64,000 nucleotides of DNA from an uncultured Actinomycetota bacterium (lineage in GTDB: Bacteria; Actinomycetota; Acidimicrobiia; Acidimicrobiales; RAAP-2): positions 44,424 to 108,423 of the forward strand of contig CAWGBL010000005.1 in NCBI GenBank assembly GCA_963820815.1, in the 5' to 3' direction. The stretch's first letter is position 1. The number at the start of each line of letters is the position of its first letter. The position numbers and the translations under genes are program-made. A model generated the notes under the pieces. That model saw only the letters and a program-made list of their open reading frames with translations. It was not told the origin of the DNA and did not search any database. This document shows, one piece after another, positions 20,205-30,201 of the stretch.

Positions 20205-20651
20205 CTACTTGGCGACGACCTCGATGCGCAGCGTGGCGACCACGTCACCGAAGAGAGTTGCCGTCGCGCTGGCCGGTCCGACTTCCTTGAGGTGCTCGGC
20301 CATCGTCACCTGCGAGCGCTCGAGCACGACGCCGGTGGCCTCGCGCACCGCGGTCACGAGGTCGGCCTCGGTCACCGACCCGAAGAGTCGCCCGGTCGTG
20401 CCGGCTCGCGCCGCGACCCTCAGCGTGGCCGCCTCGATGGCGGCGCGCTGGGCCTCGGCGGCCTCGCGCGACTTCGCGTCGCGCAGGTCGCGGCCGCGGC
20501 GCATCGACGAGGCCTGGGTCTCGGTCGCGGACGACGCGACCATCGCCGCCCCGCTCGGCAGCAGGAAGTTGCGGGCGAAGCCGGCCTTGACGTCGACTAT
20601 GTCGCCGCGCCGGCCCACGCCCTTGACGTCGTCGCGCAGGAGGACCTTCAC
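20205..20651 (-). CDS. rplI: 50S ribosomal protein L9
   Basis: [40 protein letters not shown]. Confidence 0.95.
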   Translation of the reverse strand: MKVLLRDDVKGVGRRGDIVDVKAGFARNFLLPSGAAMVASSATETQASSMRRGRDLRDAKSREAAEAQRAAIEAATLRVAARAGTTGRLFGSVTEADLVTAVREATGVVLERSQVTMAEHLKEVGPASATATLFGDVVATLRIEVVAK

Positions 20652-21091
20652 TCGGCGACCTCCTCGAGCACCTCGGCGGCCACCGTCGCATCCATTGTCG
20701 GCTCGGCCGCCTCGGCCTCGGGGGCCTCGACCTCGAGGGACTCGGCCCCGGGCGCCTCGGCGCGGGCCTCGCGGTCCGGGCCCCGGCCGCGCCCGCCGTC
20801 GCGGCCGCGGCGGCGCTCGGTCACGGTGCGCTGGGTGTAGGGCAGTAGGGCGAGCTCGCGGGCGGTCTTGATCGCGTCGGTCACGTCGCGCTGGTGCTGC
20901 TGGCAGTTGCCCGAGACGCGGCGCCCGCGGATCTTGCCGCGGTCCGAGATGTACTTGCGCAGCTGGTTGAGGTCCTTGTAGTCGACCGTCGCCACGCCGT
21001 GCGCGCAGAACGAGCAGGGCTTCTTCTTGACGCGCCGCGGGTCGACCTTGGGCGCGCGCTTGGCCGGCTTGGGGTTGTTGATGCGGGGCAT
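20648..21091 (-). CDS. rpsR: 30S ribosomal protein S18 (Zn-ribbon type, C-terminal extension)
   Basis: [35 protein letters not shown]. Confidence 0.95.
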   Translation of the reverse strand: MPRINNPKPAKRAPKVDPRRVKKKPCSFCAHGVATVDYKDLNQLRKYISDRGKIRGRRVSGNCQQHQRDVTDAIKTARELALLPYTQRTVTERRRGRDGGRGRGPDREARAEAPGAESLEVEAPEAEAAEPTMDATVAAEVLEEVAE

Positions 21092-21550
21092 CTAGAAGGG
21101 CTCCTCGTCGAAGTTGTAGGCCGCGGCGGGCTCCTGGTTCTGGGCCCGCGGGGCCGGGCGCTCGGCCGCGCTGTAGCCGCCGCCCTCGGGCCGCGGCACC
21201 TTGGTCACGACCGCCGTGGCGAAGCGCAAACTCGGGGCGATCTCGTCGGCGTTGATCTCCACCACCGAGCGCCGCTCGCCCTGGTCGGTCTCCCAGCTGC
21301 GCTGCTCGAGGCGGCCGTTCACCACCACGCGCGCGCCCTTGGTGAGCGAGTTGGCGGCGTTCTCGGCCATCGAGCCGTAGCCGGTGACCTCGAAGTAGCT
21401 GGTGCGCTCCTCCCACTCCTGGGTCTGGCGGTTCTGCCAGCGCCGGTTCACGGCGACGCTGAAGCGCACCGCGGCCTGGCCGCTGTTGAGGAACTTGAGT
21501 TCGGGGTCGCGGGTGATGTTCCCCACGATGGTGATCGAGTTGTCGGGCAC
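21092..21550 (-). CDS. ssb: Single-stranded DNA-binding protein
   Basis: ITIVGNITRDPELKF, GRLEQRSWET, acidic tail DEEPF. Confidence 0.96.
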   Translation of the reverse strand: MPDNSITIVGNITRDPELKFLNSGQAAVRFSVAVNRRWQNRQTQEWEERTSYFEVTGYGSMAENAANSLTKGARVVVNGRLEQRSWETDQGERRSVVEINADEIAPSLRFATAVVTKVPRPEGGGYSAAERPAPRAQNQEPAAAYNFDEEPF

Positions 21551-21563
21551 TGGTCCTCCTTGG

Positions 21564-21869
21564 CTACGCGCCGGCCGTGGCGCGGTCGTGGCGACGGAGG
21601 ATCTTGAAGCGCAGCACCTCGTCCGACAGCGTCAGGATGCGGTGCAGCTCGTCCACCGTCGGCGTCTCGCCGGCGAACTCTACGAGGACGTAGTAGCCCT
21701 CCTTGCGCTTCTTGATCTCGTAGGCCAGCGGGCGCTTGCCCCAACGGTCGATGGCGCCCGGGCTGCCGCCACTGGTGCGGATCGTCTCGAGCGCCCGGTC
21801 GAGCGCGGCCTGGATCGCCTGGGCGTCGACGGCCGTGTCGAACACGATCATGGTCTCGTAGGGCCTCAT
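21564..21869 (-). CDS. rpsF: 30S ribosomal protein S6
   Basis: MRPYETMIVFD, WGKRPLAYEIKK, EGYY, VLRFKI. Confidence 0.96.
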   Translation of the reverse strand: MRPYETMIVFDTAVDAQAIQAALDRALETIRTSGGSPGAIDRWGKRPLAYEIKKRKEGYYVLVEFAGETPTVDELHRILTLSDEVLRFKILRRHDRATAGA

Positions 21870-21885
21870 GCCCGTCTGTTCCTTT

Positions 21886-21929
21886 CCCTCCGGACCGGCT
21901 CGCGCCGGGCTCTGGTGCTCAGAGCAGGG
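21886..21929 (-). ncRNA. Putative S6:S18 ribosomal protein leader RNA
   Basis: Minus strand CCCT-GCTCTG/CAGAGC-CCGGC(GCGA)GCCGG-TCCG-GAGGG: nested stems with an unpaired CCG next to a purine-rich tract upstream of rpsF; TAGACT -10 further upstream. Confidence 0.5.
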
Positions 21930-22060
21930 TCGCCCGCCGAGGCGGGAGCAACGAGTCTAGCCCCGAGGCCCTCAACCCGCCGACGGCGCCGGCCGGGCGC
22001 CGCGCCCCACGCCCGCTCGGTCGCGCCGGCCAACCCCCTGGCGCGCCGTAGCGTGGCGCC

Positions 22061-22480
22061 GTGGCGACGTCGACCTCGAGGGTGCGCGTCGCGGCGTCGC
22101 GCGAGGCCCTGTGGCGCTGCCTGACCGAGCCGACGCTCGTCGAGCGCTGGCAGTACGGGGCTCGGCTCGAGACCACCTGGGAGCCGGGCTCGCCGATCCG
22201 CTTCACCGTGGCCACCGACGCCGGCGAGCTCGCCCAGTGGGGCGAGGTCGTGAGCGTCGACGCGCCGGCCTCGCTCGCCTACACCCTGTTCGCGCCGCGG
22301 CCCGGGCTCGTCGACGGCCCCGAGGGCCGCTTCACCATGCGCTACGGCCTCGTCGAGGCCGACGGCGCGACGGAGCTGACCGTCACCATGGAGGACCCGC
22401 GCGAGGGGGCGGTGGAGCGCTCCGACGACGCCAGCCCGGTGCTGGCCGCGCTGCGCGACCTGGCCGAGGGTCTCGGCTAA
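22061..22480 (+). CDS. SRPBCC/AHSA1 domain protein
   Basis: ASREALWRCLTEP, WEPGSPIRF, GEVVSVDAPASLAYT, ATELTVT. Confidence 0.8.
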   Translation: MATSTSRVRVAASREALWRCLTEPTLVERWQYGARLETTWEPGSPIRFTVATDAGELAQWGEVVSVDAPASLAYTLFAPRPGLVDGPEGRFTMRYGLVEADGATELTVTMEDPREGAVERSDDASPVLAALRDLAEGLG

Positions 22481-23293
22481 GCCAGCCCCTCGGGGGTGGC
22501 GTAGGCCTCGGCCTCGGACGGGAACGCGCCCGAGCGCACGTCGGCGCAGAAGCGGCCCAGCGCGTCGACGATGACCGGGCCGAGGTCGGCGTAGGCGCGC
22601 ACGAACTTGGCCGGCTTGGTGCTGGTGAGCCCGAGGAGGTCATGGAAGACGAGGACCTGGCCGTCCGTGTCGGGCCCCGCGCCGATGCCGATGGTGGGGA
22701 TCTCGAGCGCCTCGGTGAGGCGCGTGCCCACCAGGCTCGGCACGCCCTCGACGACCAGCGCGAAGACCCCCTCGTCCTGGAGGACCGCGGCGTCCTTGAT
22801 GAGCATCTCGGCCGCCTCGTGGGTCTTGGCCTGGACCTTGAATCCGCCGAAGGCCAGCACGCTCTGGGGGGTCAGGCCCAGGTGGCCCATCACCGGGATC
22901 TCGGCGTCGAGGATCGCGCGCACGACCTCACGGCGCACGCGGCCGCCCTCGAGCTTGACGCTGTGGGCGCCGGCGCGCACGAGCGACGCGGCGTGGCGCA
23001 CGGCCTCGTGGGGCCCGACGTGGTACGTCATCCACGGCAGGTCGCCGACCACGTGGCAGTTGGGGCTCGCCGCGGCTGACCGCGCGCACGTGGTGGCACA
23101 TCTCGTCGATCGAGACGTGCAGCGTGTCGCGCTGGCCCATCACGACGTTGGCCACCGAGTCGCCCACCAGGATGAGGTCGGCTCCCGCGGCCGACACGAA
23201 GCGCGCGCTCGGTTCGTCGTAGGCCGTGATCATCACGAGGGGCGCGGCCCCCGCACGGCGCTTGCGCGCGCGCACCTGGGGCGCGAGGAGCAC
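22477..23293 (-). CDS. panB: 3-methyl-2-oxobutanoate hydroxymethyltransferase (one indel near 23065)
   Basis: [49 protein letters not shown]. Confidence 0.93.
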
Positions 23294-23706
23294 TAGCGGC
23301 CGACCCGCGACCGGCCGTCGCGGGCGCGACGCCCGCCGGCGGCCCAGCGCCGGGCCAGGTGGTTGAACGAGCAGGCGACGCAGACCTCGACCGCGTAGCA
23401 GGCGACCGGGTCCTCGCGACGCTCGAGCTTGAGCAGCTCGGCGCGCGACGACGGGCAGGTCCCGCCCGCGGGCAGGCGCGCGCCGAAGACGTAGGTCACC
23501 TCGACCAGGTCGGCCGCGGAGCAGACCGGGCAGGCCTCCCCGGTGGCGCGCCCGACGTTGCGCGCCGCGCGCAGCAGCTCGGGGTGGGCGTCGCAGACGT
23601 CCTCACGGGCCACCTCGCCGGCGGCGACCCGGGCCAGCAGGGCCCGGCGAACCAGCCCGAACTCGACCACGGCCCCCATGGCGGTGGTGGCGCGAGGCGC
23701 ATCCAT
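23293..23706 (-). CDS. DUF5318 family protein (Cys-rich, actinobacterial)
   Basis: [35 protein letters not shown]; sits divergent from PadR. Confidence 0.85.
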   Translation of the reverse strand: MDAPRATTAMGAVVEFGLVRRALLARVAAGEVAREDVCDAHPELLRAARNVGRATGEACPVCSAADLVEVTYVFGARLPAGGTCPSSRAELLKLERREDPVACYAVEVCVACSFNHLARRWAAGGRRARDGRSRVGR

Positions 23707-23757
23707 GGCGCGACACTATCTCCCGACCCTCGCCCCGCCAGGACGCTCCCGTGTGGT

Positions 23758-23780
23758 CCGATATATCGGTCTGATATGAT
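23758..23780 (+). promoter_or_regulatory. Palindromic operator plus -10 of the padR-ino1 operon
   Basis: Perfect palindrome CCGATATATCGG (23758-23769); TATGAT (23775-23780) 6 nt before GTG 23787. Confidence 0.6.
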
Positions 23781-23786
23781 TGTCAC

Positions 23787-24398
23787 GTGCTCGACATCGC
23801 CATCCTGGGCCTGCTGATGGAGCGCGACCACCACGGCTACGAGATCCGAGCGCAGCTGCGCGACCGGCTCGGGCTCTGGGCCAACGCGTCGTTCGGCTCG
23901 ATCTACCCGGCCCTCGCCCGCCTGGAGCGCCAGGGACTGGTCGAGGCGGTGCCCGGCGAGCCGCGGGGGCTCTCGGCCCTCTCCACCGGCTCGCTCAGCG
24001 GCGAGCGCGCGAGCCTCCGCGCTCGCCGCGCCACGCCGGGCGTGGGCCGGCGCGGGCGCAAGGTCTACCGCATCACCGAGCGCGGCCGCGGCGACTTCGT
24101 CGCGATGCTGGCCAACCCGGCGACGGTGGACGACTCGCGCAGCTTCTCGCTGCGCATGGCCCTGGCCCGGCACCTCACCGCGAGGAGCCGGGTGGTGCTG
24201 CTGGAGCGGCGCCGGGTCGACCTGGTCGAGCGACTGGACGAGATCCGTGCCAGCGCCGCCAACGAGGAGCTCGACCCCTACGCGCGCGACGTCATGACGC
24301 ACGTGGCCCAGGGGGTCGAGCTCGACATCGCGTGGATCGACGCCAAGTTGACCACCGAACGGGACACCGAGGAGGGCCTCGTCCGCAAGGCGAGGTGA
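23787..24398 (+). CDS. PadR family transcriptional regulator
   Basis: [37 protein letters not shown]. Confidence 0.9.
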   Translation: MLDIAILGLLMERDHHGYEIRAQLRDRLGLWANASFGSIYPALARLERQGLVEAVPGEPRGLSALSTGSLSGERASLRARRATPGVGRRGRKVYRITERGRGDFVAMLANPATVDDSRSFSLRMALARHLTARSRVVLLERRRVDLVERLDEIRASAANEELDPYARDVMTHVAQGVELDIAWIDAKLTTERDTEEGLVRKAR

Positions 24399-24409
24399 AA
24401 GGAACACCG

Positions 24410-25508
24410 ATGAACAAGATCCGCGTGGCGATCGCCGGCGTCGGCAACTGCGCCAGTTCGCTCATCCAGGGCGTGACCTACTACCGCGACGCCAAGCCCG
24501 GCGACGACGTCCCGGGCCTGATGCACGTCGAGCTCGGCGGCTACCACGTCTCGGACCTCGAGTTCGTCGCCGCCTTCGACGTCGACGCGACCAAGGTCGG
24601 CAACGACCTGGGCAAGGCCATCGACGGCGGCCAGAACAACACCATCAAGTTCGCGACCGTGCCGTCGCTGGGCGTGACCGTCCAGCGCGGGCCGACGCTC
24701 GACGGGCTGAACCGCTACTACCGCGAGGCCATCGAGGAGTCGCCCTACGAGGCGGTCGACGTCGCCGCCGCGCTGCGCGAGGCGCGCGCCGAGGTCCTCG
24801 TCTCGTACCTGCCGGTCGGCTCCGAGGAGGCCCAGCGCTACTACGCCCAGGCCGCCCTCGACGCGGGCGTCGCCTTCGTCAACGCCATCCCGGTCTTCAT
24901 CGCCTCGGACCCGGTCTGGGCGAGGAGGTTCCGCGACGCCGGCGTGCCGATCATCGGCGACGACATCAAGAGCCAGGTCGGCGCGACGATCGTGCACCGC
25001 GTTCTCGCGCGCCTCTTCGAGGACCGCGGCCTCTCGCTCGACCGCACCTACCAGCTCAACGTCGGCGGCAACATGGACTTCAAGAACATGCTCGACCGCG
25101 AGCGCCTCGAGTCCAAGAAGGTCTCCAAGACCCAGGCCGTCACCAGCCAGCTCGAGGTGAGCCACCTCGAGGCCGACGACGTGCACATCGGCCCGAGCGA
25201 CCACGTGCCGTGGCTGCTCGACCGCAAGTGGGCCTACATCCGCATGGAGGGCCGCAACTTCGGCGACGTGCCCCTCAACCTCGAGCTCAAGCTCGAGGTC
25301 TGGGACTCGCCCAACTCGGCCGGGCGTCATCATCGACGCGGTGCGCTGCGCGAGGGTCGCCCTGGACCGCGGCATCGGCGGGCCCCTCATGGGGCCGAGC
25401 GCCTACTTCATGAAGTCCCCGCCGGTCCAGTACCACGACGACGTGGCCCACGACATGGTCGAGGCCTTCGCCGCCGGCGCCGAGAACCCGGCCTGGCCCA
25501 CGGCGTAG
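24410..25508 (+). CDS. ino1: myo-inositol-1-phosphate synthase (one indel near 25322)
   Basis: [55 protein letters not shown]. Confidence 0.95.
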
Positions 25509-25550
25509 CCAAGACCAGATAGCGGTTCAACCACGCCCCGGTCTAGGACG

Positions 25551-26354
25551 GTGGCGGTGAGGTCGGTCCTGACCGTGGTGGTCGGCGCGCTCGCGCTGAT
25601 GGCCACCGGGCCCGCCTCGGTCGGACCCTCACCCGCAGCGGGTACCCCTCGCTCCGCGATCGGGGGTGGATCGGCGCACACCCCCCGCGCCGCCACCCCC
25701 CGGTCGGCGAGCGCAATCGCGCACGAGATCATCGCGAGCGCGCGCGGGACGTACTCGGCGACCTACGGCATCTTCCAGACCGCCGTCCCCGGCGAGCCCG
25801 CCACCGAGGTCGTCACGGTGGCCCAGCGCGCCGACCCTGGCCGAGTGGCGTGGCCCACCAACCAGGGGGAGTGGATGTACCGGGTGACCACTCAGACCGG
25901 GACGTTCTTGCAGTGGGTCGAGGTCGGTGCGCGGGCCACCTGGTGCCAGCGGCTCCGGCGCGGCGCCCCGATGCAGTGCGGCGGCCCCGTCACGTACGTC
26001 CGGTCCAACGGGTTCACCGAGCTGCTGTTCTCCTTCATCCCGGGCATGGCGGCCCAGGGACTCTCGACATACCTCGCCAGCGCCGCAGCGCTCCGCCACG
26101 GCGAGACGGTGCGACCCGACCCGGCGCTGGGCGCCGGAGCGGTGTGCCTCTCGGTCCCGGCGTCGAGCTCCAGCCCCGAGAAGTGGTGTGTCGACGGTCG
26201 CCGCCTCGAGAGCGTCCAGACCCTGGACGGCCCCGAGGCATTCGGCGCCGCGTTGCTCGAGTCCTGGTCGCCGCGGGCGTCCCCCTCGGCCTTCGCCGAG
26301 CCCGGCGGGTGCCCGGCGCGGTGCCGGCACGTGACCGGGCTGCCCGGCGTCTGA
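25551..26354 (+). CDS. Hypothetical secreted protein with several cysteines
   Basis: Hydrophobic N-terminus; fills the gap between ino1 and the cupin gene; no recognised domain. Confidence 0.55.
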   Translation: MAVRSVLTVVVGALALMATGPASVGPSPAAGTPRSAIGGGSAHTPRAATPRSASAIAHEIIASARGTYSATYGIFQTAVPGEPATEVVTVAQRADPGRVAWPTNQGEWMYRVTTQTGTFLQWVEVGARATWCQRLRRGAPMQCGGPVTYVRSNGFTELLFSFIPGMAAQGLSTYLASAAALRHGETVRPDPALGAGAVCLSVPASSSSPEKWCVDGRRLESVQTLDGPEAFGAALLESWSPRASPSAFAEPGGCPARCRHVTGLPGV

Positions 26355-26355
26355 C

Positions 26356-26754
26356 CTACGCGCCGTACTCCTCGTCGGTGACCTTGGCGGCCCACTCCGA
26401 CTCGGGGCCCTCGCCCTCGCCGACCCCCTCGGTGATCGAGAGGTGCGTCATGAAGTCGGTCGGCGTCGCGCCGTGCCAGTGCCACTCGTCGGGCGGCGAG
26501 TAGAGCGTGTCGCCGGCGCGAAGCTCCAGGCGCTCGCCCCCGCGGGCCTGCGCCCAGCCGGCGCCCTCGGTGACGAAGAGGTGCTGGCCGCGCGCGTGGC
26601 GGTGCCACGCGGTGCGCGCGCCGGGCGTGAAGTGCACCGCCGACACGCGCACTCGCGCCGGCTCGACGCCCCGGGCGATGGGGTCGAAGTACACGGCGCC
26701 GGTGAACATCTCGGCCGACCCCGGGGTGGTCGGCCGCTTCTCGATGTGGTCCAT
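26356..26754 (-). CDS. Cupin domain protein
   Basis: FTGAVYFD, FTPGARTAWHRH, GQHL, HWHGA, FMTHL; GAGGAG RBS. Confidence 0.9.
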   Translation of the reverse strand: MDHIEKRPTTPGSAEMFTGAVYFDPIARGVEPARVRVSAVHFTPGARTAWHRHARGQHLFVTEGAGWAQARGGERLELRAGDTLYSPPDEWHWHGATPTDFMTHLSITEGVGEGEGPESEWAAKVTDEEYGA

Positions 26755-26766
26755 CTCTCCTCCTCG

Positions 26767-28194
26767 CTAGGCGCTGGCCCGCTGCGCGGCCCACCACTGC
26801 GTGAGGCGCGCGGCGGCCTCGGCGGGCGCGATCTCGCCCTCGTCGAGGCGGATGTCCATGAGGAAGTCGAGCGCGCGCCCGACGGCCGGCCCGGGCGCGA
26901 GGTCGAGCAGGGCCATCACCTCGTGGCCGTCGAGGGCCGGGCGCATCGCGGCCAGCTCCTCGAGGGCCGCGAGCTCGTCGATGCGCTCCTCGAGCTCGTC
27001 CATCACGCGCGCCAGCTCGGTCGCCTTCTTGAGGTTGCGCGTCGTGCAGTCGCACCGGGTGAGCTCGTTGAGGTCCTCGAGCATGTCCCCGGCGTCGCGC
27101 ACGTAGCGGCGCACCGCGCTGTCGGTCCAGCCGAGCTTGTAGGTGTGGAAGCGCAGGTGCAGCTCGACGAGCTCGGCCACCTCGTCGATGAGGTCCTGGG
27201 GGTACTTGAGCGCCGCCATGCGCCGGCGGGTCATCTTGGCGCCGACGACCTCGTGGAACCGGAAGGTCACGCCCTCGTCGGAGATCTCGCGCGTCGCCGG
27301 CTTGCCGACGTCGTGGAAGAGCGCGGCCAGGCGCAGGCGCAGGCGCGGGCTGGCCTTGTCGACGACGGCCAGCGTGTGGCGCAGCACGTCCTTGTGGTGG
27401 TGGATCGGGTCCTGCTCGAGCCGCAGCGCCGGCAGCTCGGGCAGGAAGTGCTCGGCCAGCCCGGTGCGCACGATGAAGTCGAGCCCGACCGACGGGAACG
27501 GCGCGACCATCAGCAGGTCGAGCTCGCCGCGGACGCGCTCGGCCGAGACCTTCTCGAGCCGGCCCGCCATCGCCGCGGTCGCCGCCTCGATCGCCGGGTC
27601 GATGACCAGGGCCAGGCGCGCGGCGAAGCGCGCGGCGCGCAGCATCCTCAGCGGGTCGTCGGCGAAGAGCCGCTCGGGGTCGGTCGGGGTGCGCAGGCGC
27701 CGCTCGACCAGGTCGGCGAAGCCGCCGAAGTAGTCGAAGAGGGTCTGGACGCCCTCGGCCCCCTCGACCAGGGCGATCACGTCGAGGGCCAGGGCGTTGA
27801 TGGTGAAGTCCCGGCGCGACAGGTCGACCTCGAGCGAGTCGCCCCACTCCACGGCGGGCTTGCGCGAGTGGTCGACGTAGGCCTCGGAGCGGAAGGTCGT
27901 GACCTCGACGTCGAGGCCGGTCGCCGCCAGGGTCCCGCCGATGGTGCCGAAGGCCCGCCCCTGCTCCCACAGCGCCGAGCAGAGCGGGGCGAGGATCGCC
28001 TTGACCTCGTCGGGCCGGGCGTCGGTCGTGAAGTCGACCTCGGCCGTCCCGGCCACCGGCTCGCCCAGCAGCGCGTCGCGCACCGCGCCGCCCACGGCGT
28101 AGAGCGAGTGGCCGGCCGCGGCGAAGGCGCGCGCCAGCGGCGCCGAGGCCTCGGCCACGGCGGTCAGCGCGTCGTGGACGGAGTCGCGCGGCAC
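26767..28194 (-). CDS. CCA tRNA nucleotidyltransferase / poly(A) polymerase family with HD domain
   Basis: VGGAVRDALL, EVTTFRSE, RRDFTINA, DDPLRMLRAARF, HHHKDV, ALFHDVGKP. Confidence 0.93.
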   Translation of the reverse strand: MPRDSVHDALTAVAEASAPLARAFAAAGHSLYAVGGAVRDALLGEPVAGTAEVDFTTDARPDEVKAILAPLCSALWEQGRAFGTIGGTLAATGLDVEVTTFRSEAYVDHSRKPAVEWGDSLEVDLSRRDFTINALALDVIALVEGAEGVQTLFDYFGGFADLVERRLRTPTDPERLFADDPLRMLRAARFAARLALVIDPAIEAATAAMAGRLEKVSAERVRGELDLLMVAPFPSVGLDFIVRTGLAEHFLPELPALRLEQDPIHHHKDVLRHTLAVVDKASPRLRLRLAALFHDVGKPATREISDEGVTFRFHEVVGAKMTRRRMAALKYPQDLIDEVAELVELHLRFHTYKLGWTDSAVRRYVRDAGDMLEDLNELTRCDCTTRNLKKATELARVMDELEERIDELAALEELAAMRPALDGHEVMALLDLAPGPAVGRALDFLMDIRLDEGEIAPAEAAARLTQWWAAQRASA

Positions 28195-28251
28195 GCGTGA
28201 CAGGGTACGGCCTCCCGGTTGGCGCCACCGCACTCACTAGCCTTGGCCCAG

Positions 28252-30201
28252 ATGCTCCACCGCTCCTCGACCTGGTGGAGGGCGCTCGGCGCGGCACTCC
28301 TCGGCCTCGCTCCCCTCGGGTGGGCCGCCCCGGCGGGGGCGGCGCCCCGTCCCCTCTCGCTGGCCGCCCAGGACCCGGTGGCCGCCCTCTCGCGCCACGG
28401 CGCGGCGCAGTTCCGCGCCACGCTGCGCCTGCCCGGCGGGACCGCGACGACCCTGCGCGTCGAGCTCTACGCGCGCCTGGTCACGCGCAGCGCCCTCGAC
28501 CCGATGCTCGCCGGCGGCGCCCCGTCCGGCGCGCCGGTCGCCACGACGGGCGTCGTCGCGGTGACCTGCGACCCCGCGCGGCCCGTGACGGTCACGGTCG
28601 ACCTGACCGCCGGGGGGCGCGGCGCGCGCGCCCACTGCACCGCGCGCGCCCTGCGCCTCGCGCTGCCGTGCCGGGGAAGCGCCTGCGACGGGGTCTACCC
28701 GATCGAGTACGTCGCCGGCGCCGGCGCGACCGCGCAGCGCGAGTACTCGCTCGTCACCGTGCGCTCGGGCCGGGTGCCGACGCGGGTGCGCGTCGACCTC
28801 GTCGTCGGCCTGGACCCGGGCGCGCTGCACCACGCACGAACGTCGCGCGAGGTCCTCGACGTCCTGGGCCGCCACCGCGCGGTGCCCCTGTCGGTGACCG
28901 CCGACTACCGCACCCTCGAGCCCATCGCCGCCGGCCCGGCCCCCGCGACGACCGCGTGGCACGACGCGCTCGACGCCGCGCTCGCCAGCCCGCTGCACCG
29001 GGCGGTCGTCGCCGCCCCCGACGACGTCGACTACGCGGCGCTCGCCGCGGCGGGGCTGCGCGGCCAGGTGGCCGACCAGCTCAGCCTGTCCTCGGGCCTG
29101 CTGCGCACGATCACCGGCCGCTACACCGACGCGCCGGTCGTGGTGAGCGGGCACCCGAGCGCCGCGTCGCTCGCGGCGCTGGCCGCGGCCGGCGCCCACG
29201 AGGTCGTGCTCGCCGAGCCGGCCCTGGCGCAGGCGCCGTCGGCGACGCTCACCTGGGGGGCGCCGTTCCGGGTCGCCGGGGTGCCGGCGCTCCTGGCGCT
29301 CGCGACCGACGCGGGCCTCTCGGGCGTCTGCGCCCAGGGCGCGCTCGACCCCGGCCAGCGCGCGGCCCTCGTGCTCGGCGGCCTCGACCTCCTGCACTTC
29401 GAGGCGCCCAACGCCACCAACGCCCGCACCGTCGTGCTCGAGGTCCCGGCCGCGACCACCGACGCCGCCACGCTCGGCGCCCTGCTCAGCGGGCTCGCGC
29501 ACGACCCCTTCGTCGAGCCGGTGAGCCTGACCCCCTCGTTCGACTCGCGCCTGGTGGGATCGAACTCCAACCCGGCGACGCGGGGCCTCGGCCCGGCGAC
29601 GCCGTCGACCTGGACGGCGGCCAACCGCCAGACCCTGGTCGCGCTCGCCGCGCAGGTGACGAGCTTCGCGGCGGCCATCCCCACCGCGCCCGAGGCCCAG
29701 ACCCTGCGCGTCGCGCTGGCGCGCGCCGAGCTGCTCGGCGCGCCCGGGCCGCGACAGAGCGCGCTGGTGCGCGCCGGGAACACCCTGTCGGCCCAGACCT
29801 CGCTCTTTCGCATCGACGACTCGGCGGTGACCCTCACCGGGGCGGGCACCGACCTGCCGCTGACCCTCTACTCGAGCGCCCACTACACCGTCGACGCGGT
29901 CGTCCACCTCATCACCGACCGGATGTCGTTCCCCGGCGGGTCCAAGGTTCCGGTCGCCCTCGACGCCGCGATCAAGTCGCTGCGCGTGCCGACCTCGCGC
30001 CACCAGGGGTCGAGCGTCGACCTGCAGGTCGTGGTCACGACGCCCGACGGGCGCGTGACGCTCGCGCACGCGGCCATCCCGGTGCGCATCGCCGGGGCCT
30101 CGCTGGTCGGCTACCTGCTCACCGGCGCGTCGGTCGCCGTCCTCCTGCTGTGGTGGTACCGGACCAACCGGTCGCGCGCCAAGGGGCGCCACGCGCGGTG
30201 A
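28252..30201 (+). CDS. Secreted/membrane protein, DUF6049-like
   Basis: Signal peptide, GVYPI motif, C-terminal TM plus basic tail; conserved position between the CCA enzyme and murJ. Confidence 0.7.
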   Translation: MLHRSSTWWRALGAALLGLAPLGWAAPAGAAPRPLSLAAQDPVAALSRHGAAQFRATLRLPGGTATTLRVELYARLVTRSALDPMLAGGAPSGAPVATTGVVAVTCDPARPVTVTVDLTAGGRGARAHCTARALRLALPCRGSACDGVYPIEYVAGAGATAQREYSLVTVRSGRVPTRVRVDLVVGLDPGALHHARTSREVLDVLGRHRAVPLSVTADYRTLEPIAAGPAPATTAWHDALDAALASPLHRAVVAAPDDVDYAALAAAGLRGQVADQLSLSSGLLRTITGRYTDAPVVVSGHPSAASLAALAAAGAHEVVLAEPALAQAPSATLTWGAPFRVAGVPALLALATDAGLSGVCAQGALDPGQRAALVLGGLDLLHFEAPNATNARTVVLEVPAATTDAATLGALLSGLAHDPFVEPVSLTPSFDSRLVGSNSNPATRGLGPATPSTWTAANRQTLVALAAQVTSFAAAIPTAPEAQTLRVALARAELLGAPGPRQSALVRAGNTLSAQTSLFRIDDSAVTLTGAGTDLPLTLYSSAHYTVDAVVHLITDRMSFPGGSKVPVALDAAIKSLRVPTSRHQGSSVDLQVVVTTPDGRVTLAHAAIPVRIAGASLVGYLLTGASVAVLLLWWYRTNRSRAKGRHAR

